Assembly (NCBI GenBank): GCA_016188115.1
Contig: JACPIK010000002.1
Span: forward strand, 680,077-744,076
Direction of reading: 5' to 3'
From: Candidatus Woesearchaeota archaeon
GTDB lineage: Archaea; Nanobdellota; Nanobdellia; Woesearchaeales; GW2011-AR9
DNA length: 64,000 nt
Shown: positions 20,075-30,100 of the stretch, piece by piece
How positions within the stretch are numbered: the first letter of the stretch is position 1
How the letters are laid out: every line of letters begins with the position of its first letter
Translations under genes and position numbers: made by a program
The notes under the pieces: generated by a model
What the model was told of the DNA's origin: nothing
Databases searched by the model: none
The model's input: the letters and a program-made list of their open reading frames with translations, nothing else

Positions 20075-20188
20075 CTATAATTTGACAACAGCACGACAAT
20101 AATGACATCGCACTGCATGAAGACCAGCAAAACGAAACGACGTGAACGTTTGCTTACACCCTGGACAATTGGTTGTCTGATGTTGCAT
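20075..20188 (-). CDS. Small Zn-ribbon protein, 37 aa (not in ORF track)
   Basis: MQHQTTNCPGCKQTFTSFRFAGLHAVRCHYCRAVVKL; ggggga RBS; upstream TATA-like element. Confidence 0.6.
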   Translation of the reverse strand: MQHQTTNCPGCKQTFTSFRFAGLHAVRCHYCRAVVKL

Positions 20189-20291
20189 GTATCCCCCGAT
20201 AGATTAGTAGAGGTATATGTTGTTTATAAGTTTTATGAAAAGTCCAGCCTGAAGAAAAATCAAGAAAAGGGGAGTGTGAACAGGAAGGAAA

Positions 20292-20313
20292 AGAGAGAGA
20301 GAGAGAGAGAGAG
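20292..20313. repeat. (AG)11 dinucleotide microsatellite
   Basis: Seen directly in intergenic sequence. Confidence 0.9.
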
Positions 20314-20434
20314 AAATATAACCCATGGATTTACTTTTGATCCCCTCATTCATAAAAAAGCAAAGTTACAATTTATTTATGAGATTTTAGTATTTAAAAC
20401 AAAACATAAGAAAAAAGTCTAAAAAACAAAAAAA

Positions 20435-20842
20435 TTAATTTCGTGCAAGTTTCCAAATAACTTTCATACCCACAATAATTGCGCCAGGTACAACAAAAAC
20501 GACAATGTTACTCAACACGGAACGCAAAATGTTCCCTAAATTTGGCCATAAACCAAAGAGAGTAAACAATTGAAGATTAACAATTCCTGCAAGCATTAAT
20601 GCCACTGCCGCAACTAAAAATGGAGTAGTTTCTTTTGCTGTAAGATTAAACAAACCAACTATCAAACCAAGCAAGACAAGTGTTGAAACCAGCATTTCGG
20701 GCGGTAATTTTGTACGAAAGAACACACCTACAAGGATACAAACAACAATTCCTGCAAAAAAAGTATAGTGAGCAAGGCGGTGAAGCTCTACACCCCACAG
20801 CAATCGAGGAGAAGCATCAGCTGACCTCTTTTTAGCAACCAT
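20435..20842 (-). CDS. Four-TM membrane protein, hypothetical
   Basis: Hydrophobic helices; GLIVGLFNLTAKE motif; gaggtga RBS before MVAKK. Confidence 0.7.
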   Translation of the reverse strand: MVAKKRSADASPRLLWGVELHRLAHYTFFAGIVVCILVGVFFRTKLPPEMLVSTLVLLGLIVGLFNLTAKETTPFLVAAVALMLAGIVNLQLFTLFGLWPNLGNILRSVLSNIVVFVVPGAIIVGMKVIWKLARN

Positions 20843-20985
20843 GATAATATCACCTCTTAGTGTCTCAAATGATGATGTTTTGGTATATAAATCATTCGGT
20901 CTCACGAGGATAACCAAACCTAAAATCACTATTCTAAGAATGAATCAAACACAAAGGATTTAAAGAAACAAAGCAAAAACGAAAT

Positions 20986-21249
20986 ATGCAGATTCAATTC
21001 ACACTCGAAAAATGCAAGACCAAAGCAACGTATTCTGCAAAACTCTCAAAACCCCAAACACTCAATCTCAAAACCATCCAAACACAATTTGAAACTATTC
21101 TTGAAACCCCCATCTTACTTGTGATCAAGATTAATTCCATCGAAATCATTGTACATGGATACGGCGAGCTGCTTTTCAAAAGTGGAGAAGACCAAGAATG
21201 GATGAAAACTATCGCCAAAAAAATTTACGAAGCAGGATTAACAAAATGA
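20986..21249 (+). CDS. Hypothetical protein
   Basis: ORF after TATA-like element; first of three genes joined by ATGA overlaps. Confidence 0.6.
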   Translation: MQIQFTLEKCKTKATYSAKLSKPQTLNLKTIQTQFETILETPILLVIKINSIEIIVHGYGELLFKSGEDQEWMKTIAKKIYEAGLTK

Positions 21250-21524
21250 ACGAGCAAACACTAATTGATCCATTAGACATGACACCTCCATTTTTACGCT
21301 ATTATGCTTATGATAGAGGAGACTTAGTATATATTGCATTAATCCAACGTGGTGAAGGAAACCCTCATGTAATAGCGAGTCCAGGTTCAAACGGGTTAGA
21401 CGTAATTGCACATTATATTCAGACACAAGGAGATGGTCTTCGTATTCTCAATGGTCCAGCAAACTTTCAAAGTGGTTATAGACGACTAACCAGCGAAGAA
21501 TTGACACGGATGCAACAAAGATGA
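21246..21524 (+). CDS. Hypothetical protein
   Basis: ATGA overlaps on both sides; probable start MNEQTL. Confidence 0.55.
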   Translation: MNEQTLIDPLDMTPPFLRYYAYDRGDLVYIALIQRGEGNPHVIASPGSNGLDVIAHYIQTQGDGLRILNGPANFQSGYRRLTSEELTRMQQR

Positions 21525-21925
21525 GAGTCGTTGGCTGTTTTGTGGAGTACGCAGGAAAATTTCTTATTTTAAAACGCGGCGACACCGTCCACCAACCAGG
21601 AGCATGGTGTTTGCCGGCAGGCAAAATTGAAGCAGGTGAAACTGATCTTACTGCAATTATGAGAGAATTGAATGAAGAAATAGGATATAAAACTACACCC
21701 AAAGAGATTGAATTTCTCAAAATCCATGATATTGATCTTGATTGGGGACATCTGACTTTTCCGACATTTCGTATTAAATTAAATCACCCAATATCGGTTC
21801 AGCTTAATTCACGAGAACATAGCGCATATCTTTGGGTAACAGCAAAAGAATGCTATGAAAAGAAAGATTTGGTGAGTGGATTTTGGGAACTCTTAGAATT
21901 TATAGGATATGTAAAGAAAAATTGA
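21521..21925 (+). CDS. NUDIX hydrolase (MutT-like)
   Basis: Nudix box GKIEAGETDLTAIMRELNEEIG. Confidence 0.9.
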   Translation: MRVVGCFVEYAGKFLILKRGDTVHQPGAWCLPAGKIEAGETDLTAIMRELNEEIGYKTTPKEIEFLKIHDIDLDWGHLTFPTFRIKLNHPISVQLNSREHSAYLWVTAKECYEKKDLVSGFWELLEFIGYVKKN

Positions 21926-21948
21926 TCTTTATTTAAAATAAAAAAAAG

Positions 21949-22098
21949 CGTCCCGGACGTGACTTTCCTAACCTCTTGACTTAACGGTTTTGGTCAAGCT
22001 TTTCCAAAAGGTTGATTTGAACACGTGACCTGACGGTCTCTTTTCACAGATACTGTGAGTAACAGCCGTCCGCTCTAACCGGGCTGAGCCACCGGGAC
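21949..22098 (-). tRNA. tRNA-Asn(GUU) with two introns (22038-22059 at 37/38; 21963-22015 at ~59/60)
   Basis: Acceptor GTCCCGG/CCGGGAC, D arm GCTC/GAGC, anticodon stem GACGG/CCGTC, T stem ACGTG/CACGT; removing two BHB-flanked inserts gives a 75-nt cloverleaf. Confidence 0.88.
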
Positions 22099-22186
22099 AC
22101 CAAAACGCAAGTACTGTAATCGATTTATAAAGATTTCTGCGTCCGCAAGCAATTTGTTCAAAGCCTTTAAAAAAGCTAGATGAAAA

Positions 22187-22522
22187 ATGAGAAGAATGAA
22201 TACTGATTCCACAATAGACCAATATGTTCGTATACGAACAGAAGGACTGTTCATATCTGATATGGTCTCAATTTACCGCCAAAGCAGAGCATTTTTAGAA
22301 ACAACCCCTGGACCATCCCCTAAAAAGCCAGAATATTTTTTTGTTCCATCGCCAGGCGATTATGTAACAAGTATGACACGAAATGAATTTGTAGCAGTAG
22401 CAAAACAAGAATTTCGCGATCTAACTTCTCCTACTTTACCTAGAGAGATAGCAGGAATGGGTGCCGAAGCAATGCTTGGATTTCAAATTGTTCTCAAACA
22501 ATATGATCTTGAAACAAAATAA
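22187..22522 (+). CDS. Hypothetical protein
   Basis: Fills intergenic space after a TATA-like element; no motif recognised. Confidence 0.5.
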   Translation: MRRMNTDSTIDQYVRIRTEGLFISDMVSIYRQSRAFLETTPGPSPKKPEYFFVPSPGDYVTSMTRNEFVAVAKQEFRDLTSPTLPREIAGMGAEAMLGFQIVLKQYDLETK

Positions 22523-22524
22523 AC

Positions 22525-22782
22525 TCATTTAGCTCTTGCCTTCGCATTATATTCTTTTTGTTTCTGCTGATGATACGTGCAAAACACAATTCCTTCCACT
22601 CTTGGTTTCTTGCACCTCACACACGTTCCCGATTTTTGCCGTTGATAATACGCTGATTTTCTCTCTTTTTTAAGACGCATTGAATTCTCATGATAAAATT
22701 TGAGAAAACGATTCTTATACTCTGGTTCTTTATTGCCAGTTACCGTCGCTTTTAATTTATTGAATAATTTTCGTAACATCAT
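22525..22782 (-). CDS. Small basic protein with C-terminal CxxC...CxxH Zn finger
   Basis: CVRC...FCTYH; gaggtga RBS in the end of mutM. Confidence 0.65.
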   Translation of the reverse strand: MMLRKLFNKLKATVTGNKEPEYKNRFLKFYHENSMRLKKERKSAYYQRQKSGTCVRCKKPRVEGIVFCTYHQQKQKEYNAKARAK

Positions 22783-22783
22783 T

Positions 22784-23587
22784 TCACCTCTGACAAACCG
22801 AACAATACGTCGTTCCACGCCCGCCTATTTTAACACTTTCCATAGTATGCCCTTTTGGACATTTTTCTTTTTGATACACAGCCAAATATCCAGCAAAATC
22901 ACCTTTTCCATCAAGGTGTCGATAATTAGATACTGTCGTACCATTCTTTTGTATCGCCAGCCGTAAGATTCGCACCAATTGATGGTGCAATAGTTTCAAT
23001 TTTGGTAATGACACTTCACCAATCTTATGCAAAGGATTAATACCTGCATGATACAACGCTTCTTGCGCATAGATATTACCTATTCCTGCAATGCAGGATT
23101 GATCTAGCAATTTTGTTTTGATATTTGCCGTAGGATACTCTTGCAACAATTCACAAAACTTCCTCACCGACACATCAAATGGATCTGGACCAAGACGATG
23201 TAATAATTCATCATATTCAGGTAATGTCAACGGTTCAACACGACCAAAACGGCGAATCTCATTAAACGTCATCGCTGATCCATCTTGAAAACGAAATAAT
23301 CCCGCGCGATACTCCTGTGAAAGATGACCTTGTTCTTGTACACCCCGCACCAAATAATGAAAATGTCCCGTCATGCGTAAATGGACCATCATCATAAATT
23401 GTTTATTCGTTTCGAGGAAAATATACTTTCCTCGACGTGTAATTGCCTTGATTGTAAATGGAACATATTTCAATAATCCTGATGAAACCACCTTCCGATC
23501 TGTAATCACAAGGTCTACTACTTTTTTCCCTACAATACGAGGTCGCAGCTTTCGCACCACCGTTTCCACTTCAGGTAATTCTGGCAT
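22784..23587 (-). CDS. mutM: Formamidopyrimidine-DNA glycosylase (Fpg/MutM)
   Basis: N-terminal PELPEVE, RRGKY, HLRMTG, LLDQ..IAGIGNIYA.E, C-terminal Zn finger with GRGTTYC..CQ. Confidence 0.95.
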   Translation of the reverse strand: MPELPEVETVVRKLRPRIVGKKVVDLVITDRKVVSSGLLKYVPFTIKAITRRGKYIFLETNKQFMMMVHLRMTGHFHYLVRGVQEQGHLSQEYRAGLFRFQDGSAMTFNEIRRFGRVEPLTLPEYDELLHRLGPDPFDVSVRKFCELLQEYPTANIKTKLLDQSCIAGIGNIYAQEALYHAGINPLHKIGEVSLPKLKLLHHQLVRILRLAIQKNGTTVSNYRHLDGKGDFAGYLAVYQKEKCPKGHTMESVKIGGRGTTYCSVCQR

Positions 23588-23634
23588 GAGATTAACCGCC
23601 TATTTTCATTCTAGTCCCACTATTTTAGCCACAC

Positions 23635-26568
23635 CTAATCAAATTGGTTTTTCCAAGCAGCATAGCGAGCATAAATTGGACCGACATACACTAGTTCCAT
23701 ATAATCGCCATTTCCGATTTGTTTTCCTTTATAGGTTCTCACTCTAACATTCATCGCACTCTTAACCGCAGACCACGTTTTTTGACCCTGTGCAATACGA
23801 ATGTATCCATTTACCGCACCAGGACCATCATGATACGCTAAAATTGCTAATTTAATTTGATCTTCCAGTGCAGCGCCTTGATAATTTTGCAAAAGATTAG
23901 CGAATAATTTTGCTTGAGCTTGTATTGAAAGTTCAGGATTAAATCGCGCATCATTTTGTGGAGTGCACATATAGGTACCCTCTTTCCAGACCCTACCCCA
24001 TCTCGCAACTTCATTCATACATCCTTGCCTAGTTTCTTTCTCATTCGGTTCTAAATTTCCACAACACATAACAACTTGATTTGCCCCAAAATAGCTCTTG
24101 GCAGTTTTATAAGTAAATTGAGCCAGCCCAACTGCTCCCGCAGTACTAACTGCCCGAGTGCTAAATCCTGATTCTTTTGAAGTAACTGCTTTAAGTAAAG
24201 AAGGAGGCACATTATGTTCTTCACCATATTTTTTAAACCAAGTATCATATTTTTCTACATTATCCTCGGGAATATCAAAAATAGGTTTTGGACCATCATC
24301 TTCGTCAGCAACACTTGCCACAACAGGAGCAGGATACAATACTGCCCACGGCACAAAGCCAACACCAGTTTGATAGACATATTCCCCCGCAAGAATAAAC
24401 GGCGAAACTCGCCTCCACGCTTTATCAATATTTTTGACTGATTCAGAATACATCTCTGAAATCGCTTTGGTTGTCTCAGGAGCTGACTCACCACGCGGTT
24501 TAACAGACCCATAACCTTCTGAGCTAGGATCAAATGGTTCATCATCTGCAGGAGGAGTTAGATACTCTTGATAGAGCAGCGCATATATTGCTCTTGCCCA
24601 AAGTTTTCCACCAAGCCCGCCTTGTCCAGTATAATGGATTCCATCTCCTCCCGTATATTGAACAGCATCCGTAAGAGTATTAGCATCAATAAAACGACAA
24701 CGAGATTCGACAAGAACTTTAAGAGCTCGATTGATTCCCAACGTATCTACTTTTCTATTAGTTGAAGCTGGCGCGCCTACCCATACACATTTTTTACCTG
24801 ATGAAACAACCTTCTCTACCAGCGAGTTAATATTTGCTGCTTGATTATTAACTCCCTGTGCAGTCAAAAAGTTTGTTCCTAAAGAGATTATAACCATTTC
24901 GGGATTAAATGCAGACAATTGATTTTCAAAATTAAATGGAGTCTGAATAAGATTGCTTGGTGTCTGGCTACCAACCAAGACTAATGATCCTGCCGGATTC
25001 GGTCCAGTTGGTTTCCCCCCACTATCTCGCTTTTCATTACACACTTTATAATTTACTTTATCAAAATTACTTGCAGCTGCCCCTCCACACGCATACGTTT
25101 GAGCTGCAACATTTTTTTGAATTAGTAATCTGTGTAACTCTTTTCCATACGCACCAACAGAATGAGAATCGCCAATGTGCAGTACACTTGAAGGACCAGC
25201 AATCGAAGAACCACTGTATTGTGACATATCCTCTTCTAAAGGATTCGCATTCTTTGCCAGCCAGTCATCAACGCACTCTTGATCATCTGGATCGCAGATA
25301 TCGGCAAGATATGCTTCAGTTTCACTACTAGTAGCAGCGATCGTTTCCTCAGTGTATATATCTTGTATCATTTCACGATAAATCGCCTTACAATAATAAT
25401 ATCCCCCACAAGCATAGTCATCACAATCAACACCACCATCCCCATTATCATCAACACCATTAGTACAATCTTCTACACCATCTTGACTCGAAGATCCTTC
25501 ATCTGAATCCGAAAAGAGACCTGAGTTTAACTGACGATAAATTGCTTTACAATAATCATCTTCACGACAAGCATAATCCTCACAATCAACACTGCCATCC
25601 TCATTATCATCAGCATTATTAGTACAATCTTCCACAGGGATCTCTTCTTCAGTAGGCTCAGCAAGACCTCCCGTCTCTTCATCAACTGCCCCATCCCCCG
25701 CAGCAGCAGCAACAGGATGTACTGCCGGAGCAGAAGTAGGAGAAGAAGGTTCATCAGGAACTAATTCAATTGTATAAGTAAGATCAGAACCACTATTTGC
25801 ATCCGTTGCCGTAGCACCCGCTGGTACATCATTACGTGCATACATCTCATCAGTCGCTGGAGCAGGAGCAGAAGTTGATTCATCAGAAGGATCTAATAAA
25901 ACGTCAATCGTGCCATCTGGATTTACCCGAGCACCATTATTGAAACCTTCCTCACCAGCAGAATCAGCAGGAACAGAAGGATCAGCCCGACACAATAATG
26001 CGCCATTACGAAAAACATTCTCATCAGCAGTATAAAGAACATATAGCCCTTTCACCATGTGTGTACGTGAATCATAAAACCCACTAATTCCGCGAACTTG
26101 AATCGATTGAGTACGAAGATCACAAGTAAATTTATGTTCAGTATAAGCTTGTGGTAGCGTTGATTGGATAGGTACACTAGGAGTTTCGCCACATACCGCA
26201 GCAACTGAAACAATCCCTTCAACCCCATTCTTAGTCGCAGCAATAGCACTAAGACCATTCATAAATCTACCAGCACATCCAGAATCACGTAATACCAATT
26301 CCTCATTACCAATTATAACATTAGATTGATCCTGACAAAATAAACCTAAAGCATCAATAAAACCTGATCGATCTACACTTGCTTGAATCCCCAACGCTGC
26401 TTGTCCATCAGGACAAAGTAATGTAAACGGTTGACCTACCATACTTCCAAGAAGACGACTGCCTGTCTCCAAAAATCGAACATCATTCTCTGCCAAACCA
26501 CCCACTACTAAGATTAACAGTGTAAATAAAACCAAAAATCCAAACCGTTTCATTCCAACACGTTTCAT
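23635..26568 (-). CDS. Secreted multidomain protein: beta-prism-like N-domain, acidic Cys repeats, SGNH/GDSL hydrolase, C-terminal lytic transglycosylase (SLT/GH23)
   Basis: Signal peptide; HIGDSHS...LGTN...DGIH (SGNH blocks); LLKAVTSKESGF..AVSTAGAVGLAQF...LAYHDGPG (SLT motifs I-III). Confidence 0.85.
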   Translation of the reverse strand: MKRVGMKRFGFLVLFTLLILVVGGLAENDVRFLETGSRLLGSMVGQPFTLLCPDGQAALGIQASVDRSGFIDALGLFCQDQSNVIIGNEELVLRDSGCAGRFMNGLSAIAATKNGVEGIVSVAAVCGETPSVPIQSTLPQAYTEHKFTCDLRTQSIQVRGISGFYDSRTHMVKGLYVLYTADENVFRNGALLCRADPSVPADSAGEEGFNNGARVNPDGTIDVLLDPSDESTSAPAPATDEMYARNDVPAGATATDANSGSDLTYTIELVPDEPSSPTSAPAVHPVAAAAGDGAVDEETGGLAEPTEEEIPVEDCTNNADDNEDGSVDCEDYACREDDYCKAIYRQLNSGLFSDSDEGSSSQDGVEDCTNGVDDNGDGGVDCDDYACGGYYYCKAIYREMIQDIYTEETIAATSSETEAYLADICDPDDQECVDDWLAKNANPLEEDMSQYSGSSIAGPSSVLHIGDSHSVGAYGKELHRLLIQKNVAAQTYACGGAAASNFDKVNYKVCNEKRDSGGKPTGPNPAGSLVLVGSQTPSNLIQTPFNFENQLSAFNPEMVIISLGTNFLTAQGVNNQAANINSLVEKVVSSGKKCVWVGAPASTNRKVDTLGINRALKVLVESRCRFIDANTLTDAVQYTGGDGIHYTGQGGLGGKLWARAIYALLYQEYLTPPADDEPFDPSSEGYGSVKPRGESAPETTKAISEMYSESVKNIDKAWRRVSPFILAGEYVYQTGVGFVPWAVLYPAPVVASVADEDDGPKPIFDIPEDNVEKYDTWFKKYGEEHNVPPSLLKAVTSKESGFSTRAVSTAGAVGLAQFTYKTAKSYFGANQVVMCCGNLEPNEKETRQGCMNEVARWGRVWKEGTYMCTPQNDARFNPELSIQAQAKLFANLLQNYQGAALEDQIKLAILAYHDGPGAVNGYIRIAQGQKTWSAVKSAMNVRVRTYKGKQIGNGDYMELVYVGPIYARYAAWKNQFD

Positions 26569-27122
26569 TCGACCCTAAACCTCTTGACTAATGAAATTCG
26601 CTTATCTAATAACGGATTTTCCACCATGATTTCTACTTGATATTCACCCAGATCAGGATTATCTCCAAGCGTAAAATAATCTGCAAACGCCGCAGGTTCA
26701 TTTTCTTTTGTAGATTCGTGTTCTAACAGATAGGAATTTTTCTCTTCCAAATTAAGAATAATATTGCCCTGAGGATTAACAATGCGATAATTTCGCACTA
26801 ACATGATTTGATTATCATATGTACTACTCTGCACTAAGAACCGTAAATAGATTTCATCGCCTTTTGCAAACACATCGGTTTTTTGATAACAATTAAACTT
26901 CACATCAACATACTTGCAAAAATCAAACTGACGAATCTGAAGGTCACCGCCGCGACCTAAAGGAATAAATTCTGTATTAAGAAGACTAACCTGTTGCGCT
27001 TGATCTGAACTTTCCTCAAATGCACCAACATAAATTAACAGTAACATGATCCCTGTTGTAATCGCCGCAACAATCGCAATCACCGCCACTTGTACCAGAA
27101 CTGAACCTTTGTTGGAGATCAT
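26565..27122 (-). CDS. Pilin-like membrane-anchored Ig-fold protein
   Basis: MISNKG-SVLVQVAVIAIV: short basic leader plus hydrophobic helix (class III signal-like); 4-nt overlaps with both neighbours. Confidence 0.6.
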   Translation of the reverse strand: MISNKGSVLVQVAVIAIVAAITTGIMLLLIYVGAFEESSDQAQQVSLLNTEFIPLGRGGDLQIRQFDFCKYVDVKFNCYQKTDVFAKGDEIYLRFLVQSSTYDNQIMLVRNYRIVNPQGNIILNLEEKNSYLLEHESTKENEPAAFADYFTLGDNPDLGEYQVEIMVENPLLDKRISLVKRFRVE

Positions 27123-30100
27123 GATGAGCCCCCCCCGGAATTACATTGTGCTTCCAAGATTGGTTTAGTCGCTGCACTTGCTGCAGAAATTTGAAAGTTA
27201 GCTAGTTCTACTCCATCACTAATTTTACATGCTTTTGCTTCGGTTGCGCTAATACATTTATACGCATAAACAGAATCAGTAATAGGCAGAGTATACCCCT
27301 TAGCACCACAAAGAGATGAATCTGCTAAAGCCCTCTTCGCAGCAGCCACTTTCCCTTCATTACAATATTTCACAACACCTTTGTTAAACTTCTTATCTAC
27401 CTCACATAAATACGCATAGATTTTGTGAAACTCATCTGTATTTTCAAGATCGTCATCATCCGTCTCTTCACTTCCTTTATCATAACCCGCAGCTATATCA
27501 CCAGAATAATCCCGCAAGAAGAAATATTTCAAAAGATTATCAATATTCACAGCGTACGTTTCAATACTGCCTTGTTTTTGTCCTTTCATAATCAACGATA
27601 AAATTTCATAATACAATGTCATCACGTTACTCATGTCGCCTTGTAATTTCTGCAATTCCTCGGTCGCAATCTCATGAACACGATCATAATTTTCTTGCAT
27701 AAAGAAATCATGAACTCCGCCAAGTTCAGCAATAGCCATTGGTTGACGCTGAATACGCACAAGTTGAACATGACGATTTTTACCAATTGCCGGTTGTTTA
27801 GTAACTTGTGTTGCAAACGCACAGCCCTTGCTTTCATCCTGATCTAATAACTCATACACTACCTGAACATCTTTCCAATTATTCTGTGTTGCATAGACAC
27901 TTCTCTTCGACACTCGATAAGTACATTGTAATGGTTGCGCAGAAAAGTCTGGTTGACCAATCACTTGACTAATCACAAACCCGTCTGCATTAAATTGTGC
28001 CGCGTTGGCATTTTCTAATGACATAGCTGCAACACCATCTTTTTGCAGCAACCCGCCAGTGATAGAATACCCATTACGTGAAGAAGTAGACGTTAACGAC
28101 GCATCAGCAGGAACAGTAACTTGCACAAGAGTGTTTTGCACCTGAGTAAACGAGAAGACAAACTCATTACGATCTTGCACGGTTTCAGGAGACCCAAAAT
28201 AATTTGGCTGATTTGGACATCCCGCATTACTTGGAGCTCCATTCACTTTTTCTAATTGATTTGACATTCCGCCAAACATTGTCTCCGTTACTGGACCTAA
28301 TACATCTTCTTTGAGATATGTTCCTTGCACATTCTCTGGAATGACCGCAGCCCCCACTACTTCAGGAACACCTGGAAGATTTCGCACCGTACGTCGTAAA
28401 CACATCCCTTTGCCATTCAAAGCAAGATTAACACGTACACGAATATCATCATGTTCACTCGCAACAAAAATATTAGGAGTGCGACAATCAACCCATTTAT
28501 CATTGCGTTTATCATAACATTCCATATACGGAGATTCAATCGCTGCTTGACCAGTACCGAACAGACTTGCTAATTCAGGACAATCATACCGACCCGACAC
28601 AGCATCAACAGTACAAGTAGCAACACCAGGAGGAGTAACATCAGTAATTGGTTGATACCATACTCCTTTACGACCAGAAAGAACCTCTTTATCAAAACAT
28701 AATTCTGGATTTTCACCAGGATCTAATTCCAGTTCTACTTTAACGTGATCGTAACGGAAATGAGAATCGACACGTTGAGGTGTTTCAATAGGCACACTAA
28801 ACATTCTTCCTCCTTGAATGTTCATACTCGTATCAATAATTTTTTCACGTTCACCAGCAAATTCGGGTGCTTTGCTCGCGCGTAAACAATCGCAACCTTT
28901 GCCATTACACGATTCATCCACACCAAAAAATCCTCGATCTTCCGGACCAATGCATTCCAAAGACACTTGTGAACGAGTAATCTTACAACCAGGCATAACA
29001 ATAACACCAATTTCATAATTATGAATGGCTGTTTCTTTTGCAGGGTTAAATGTACTTAACTCACGAAATGCAGGAGCAACCACAACAGAACTATGTGTTG
29101 GAAACGCATATGCCGCATCTAGTAAAAAGTCCTCACTAAATAAAGGAAAATCAAACCCAAATGCTGCCATACACATTGATTGCGCAAATCCCTGTGCGCC
29201 ACCTTGGAAGTAATTATTTAATTGCGCATTACCATAATCACTTTTGATATCATTCACCGATGATTGCAGCGCACTCGACATCCCTTGAGTGCCTTCCTTA
29301 AGCACAACGCCAATATCTTCAAACGCACCGCCTTTTCCAATATCATCAAAGTTTGAAGGTGTACAGCTTGTAAGCATCGCTGCAACTCCTTTATACACTA
29401 AACCACAGACATTCTGACTAAACCAGGTCTTACACGCACCCGCATCATATAATCCAGTATATTTCGCTTCAACTAAACAATTACGTAATCCAACTAAGAT
29501 ACTCTCAATCATCACCATGTGTTTAAGAATACCTGAGGTGCACATTGTTTGCACGGATTCAATAAGACCAGCATGAGGATCTACTTTTGCAACCTGTTTA
29601 TCCTCACCACGAATATAATCAATCAAATAATCCTGACCAAACGCGCCAGAAAAATCACGTCCATGATAATAGCGAATCGTTGGATAATTTGTTCCAAACT
29701 TGCCATTTGATTCTTTAAAGATACGTTCCTCTCGATAGAACCACTCTTCCTCAACACCGGGTTTGTATTTTCCAATTTCTACAGCAGTGCGTAAACTACG
29801 GTCTCCACTTGGTTCTATTGACGCATCCGGTTTCTTACCCATACATACACATTGATAGAATTCAGGCTCTTTATTTTCAGTAAATGATTCAATAAAACAA
29901 TCTTTAGTATATCCCGTGGCATACCGTTCAGTTTTATCAACAGTACCTAATTTTTTACCATTTTTATCATATAACTGAGTAATTCCACTTTCATCTTTAC
30001 CTTCTTTATAACAGCCTTTTCCTAAATGTCCCAGATCAGAATCAGTTTTAAACTCACCACCATACCTTCCTTTATAGGGGTCAGTACAAGCTTCTTGACA

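Noticed and set aside
20102-20422. 106-aa plus-strand ORF
   Set aside because: Runs through the AG microsatellite and A-tracts and overlaps the better-supported minus-strand Zn-ribbon ORF
21968-22222. 84-aa minus-strand ORF
   Set aside because: Overlaps the intron-containing tRNA-Asn
25375-25635. Direct nucleotide repeats that might suggest a CRISPR array or mobile element
   Set aside because: Only two copies, in frame, encoding the EDCTN..DG.VDC protein repeats; no spacer pattern and no cas genes
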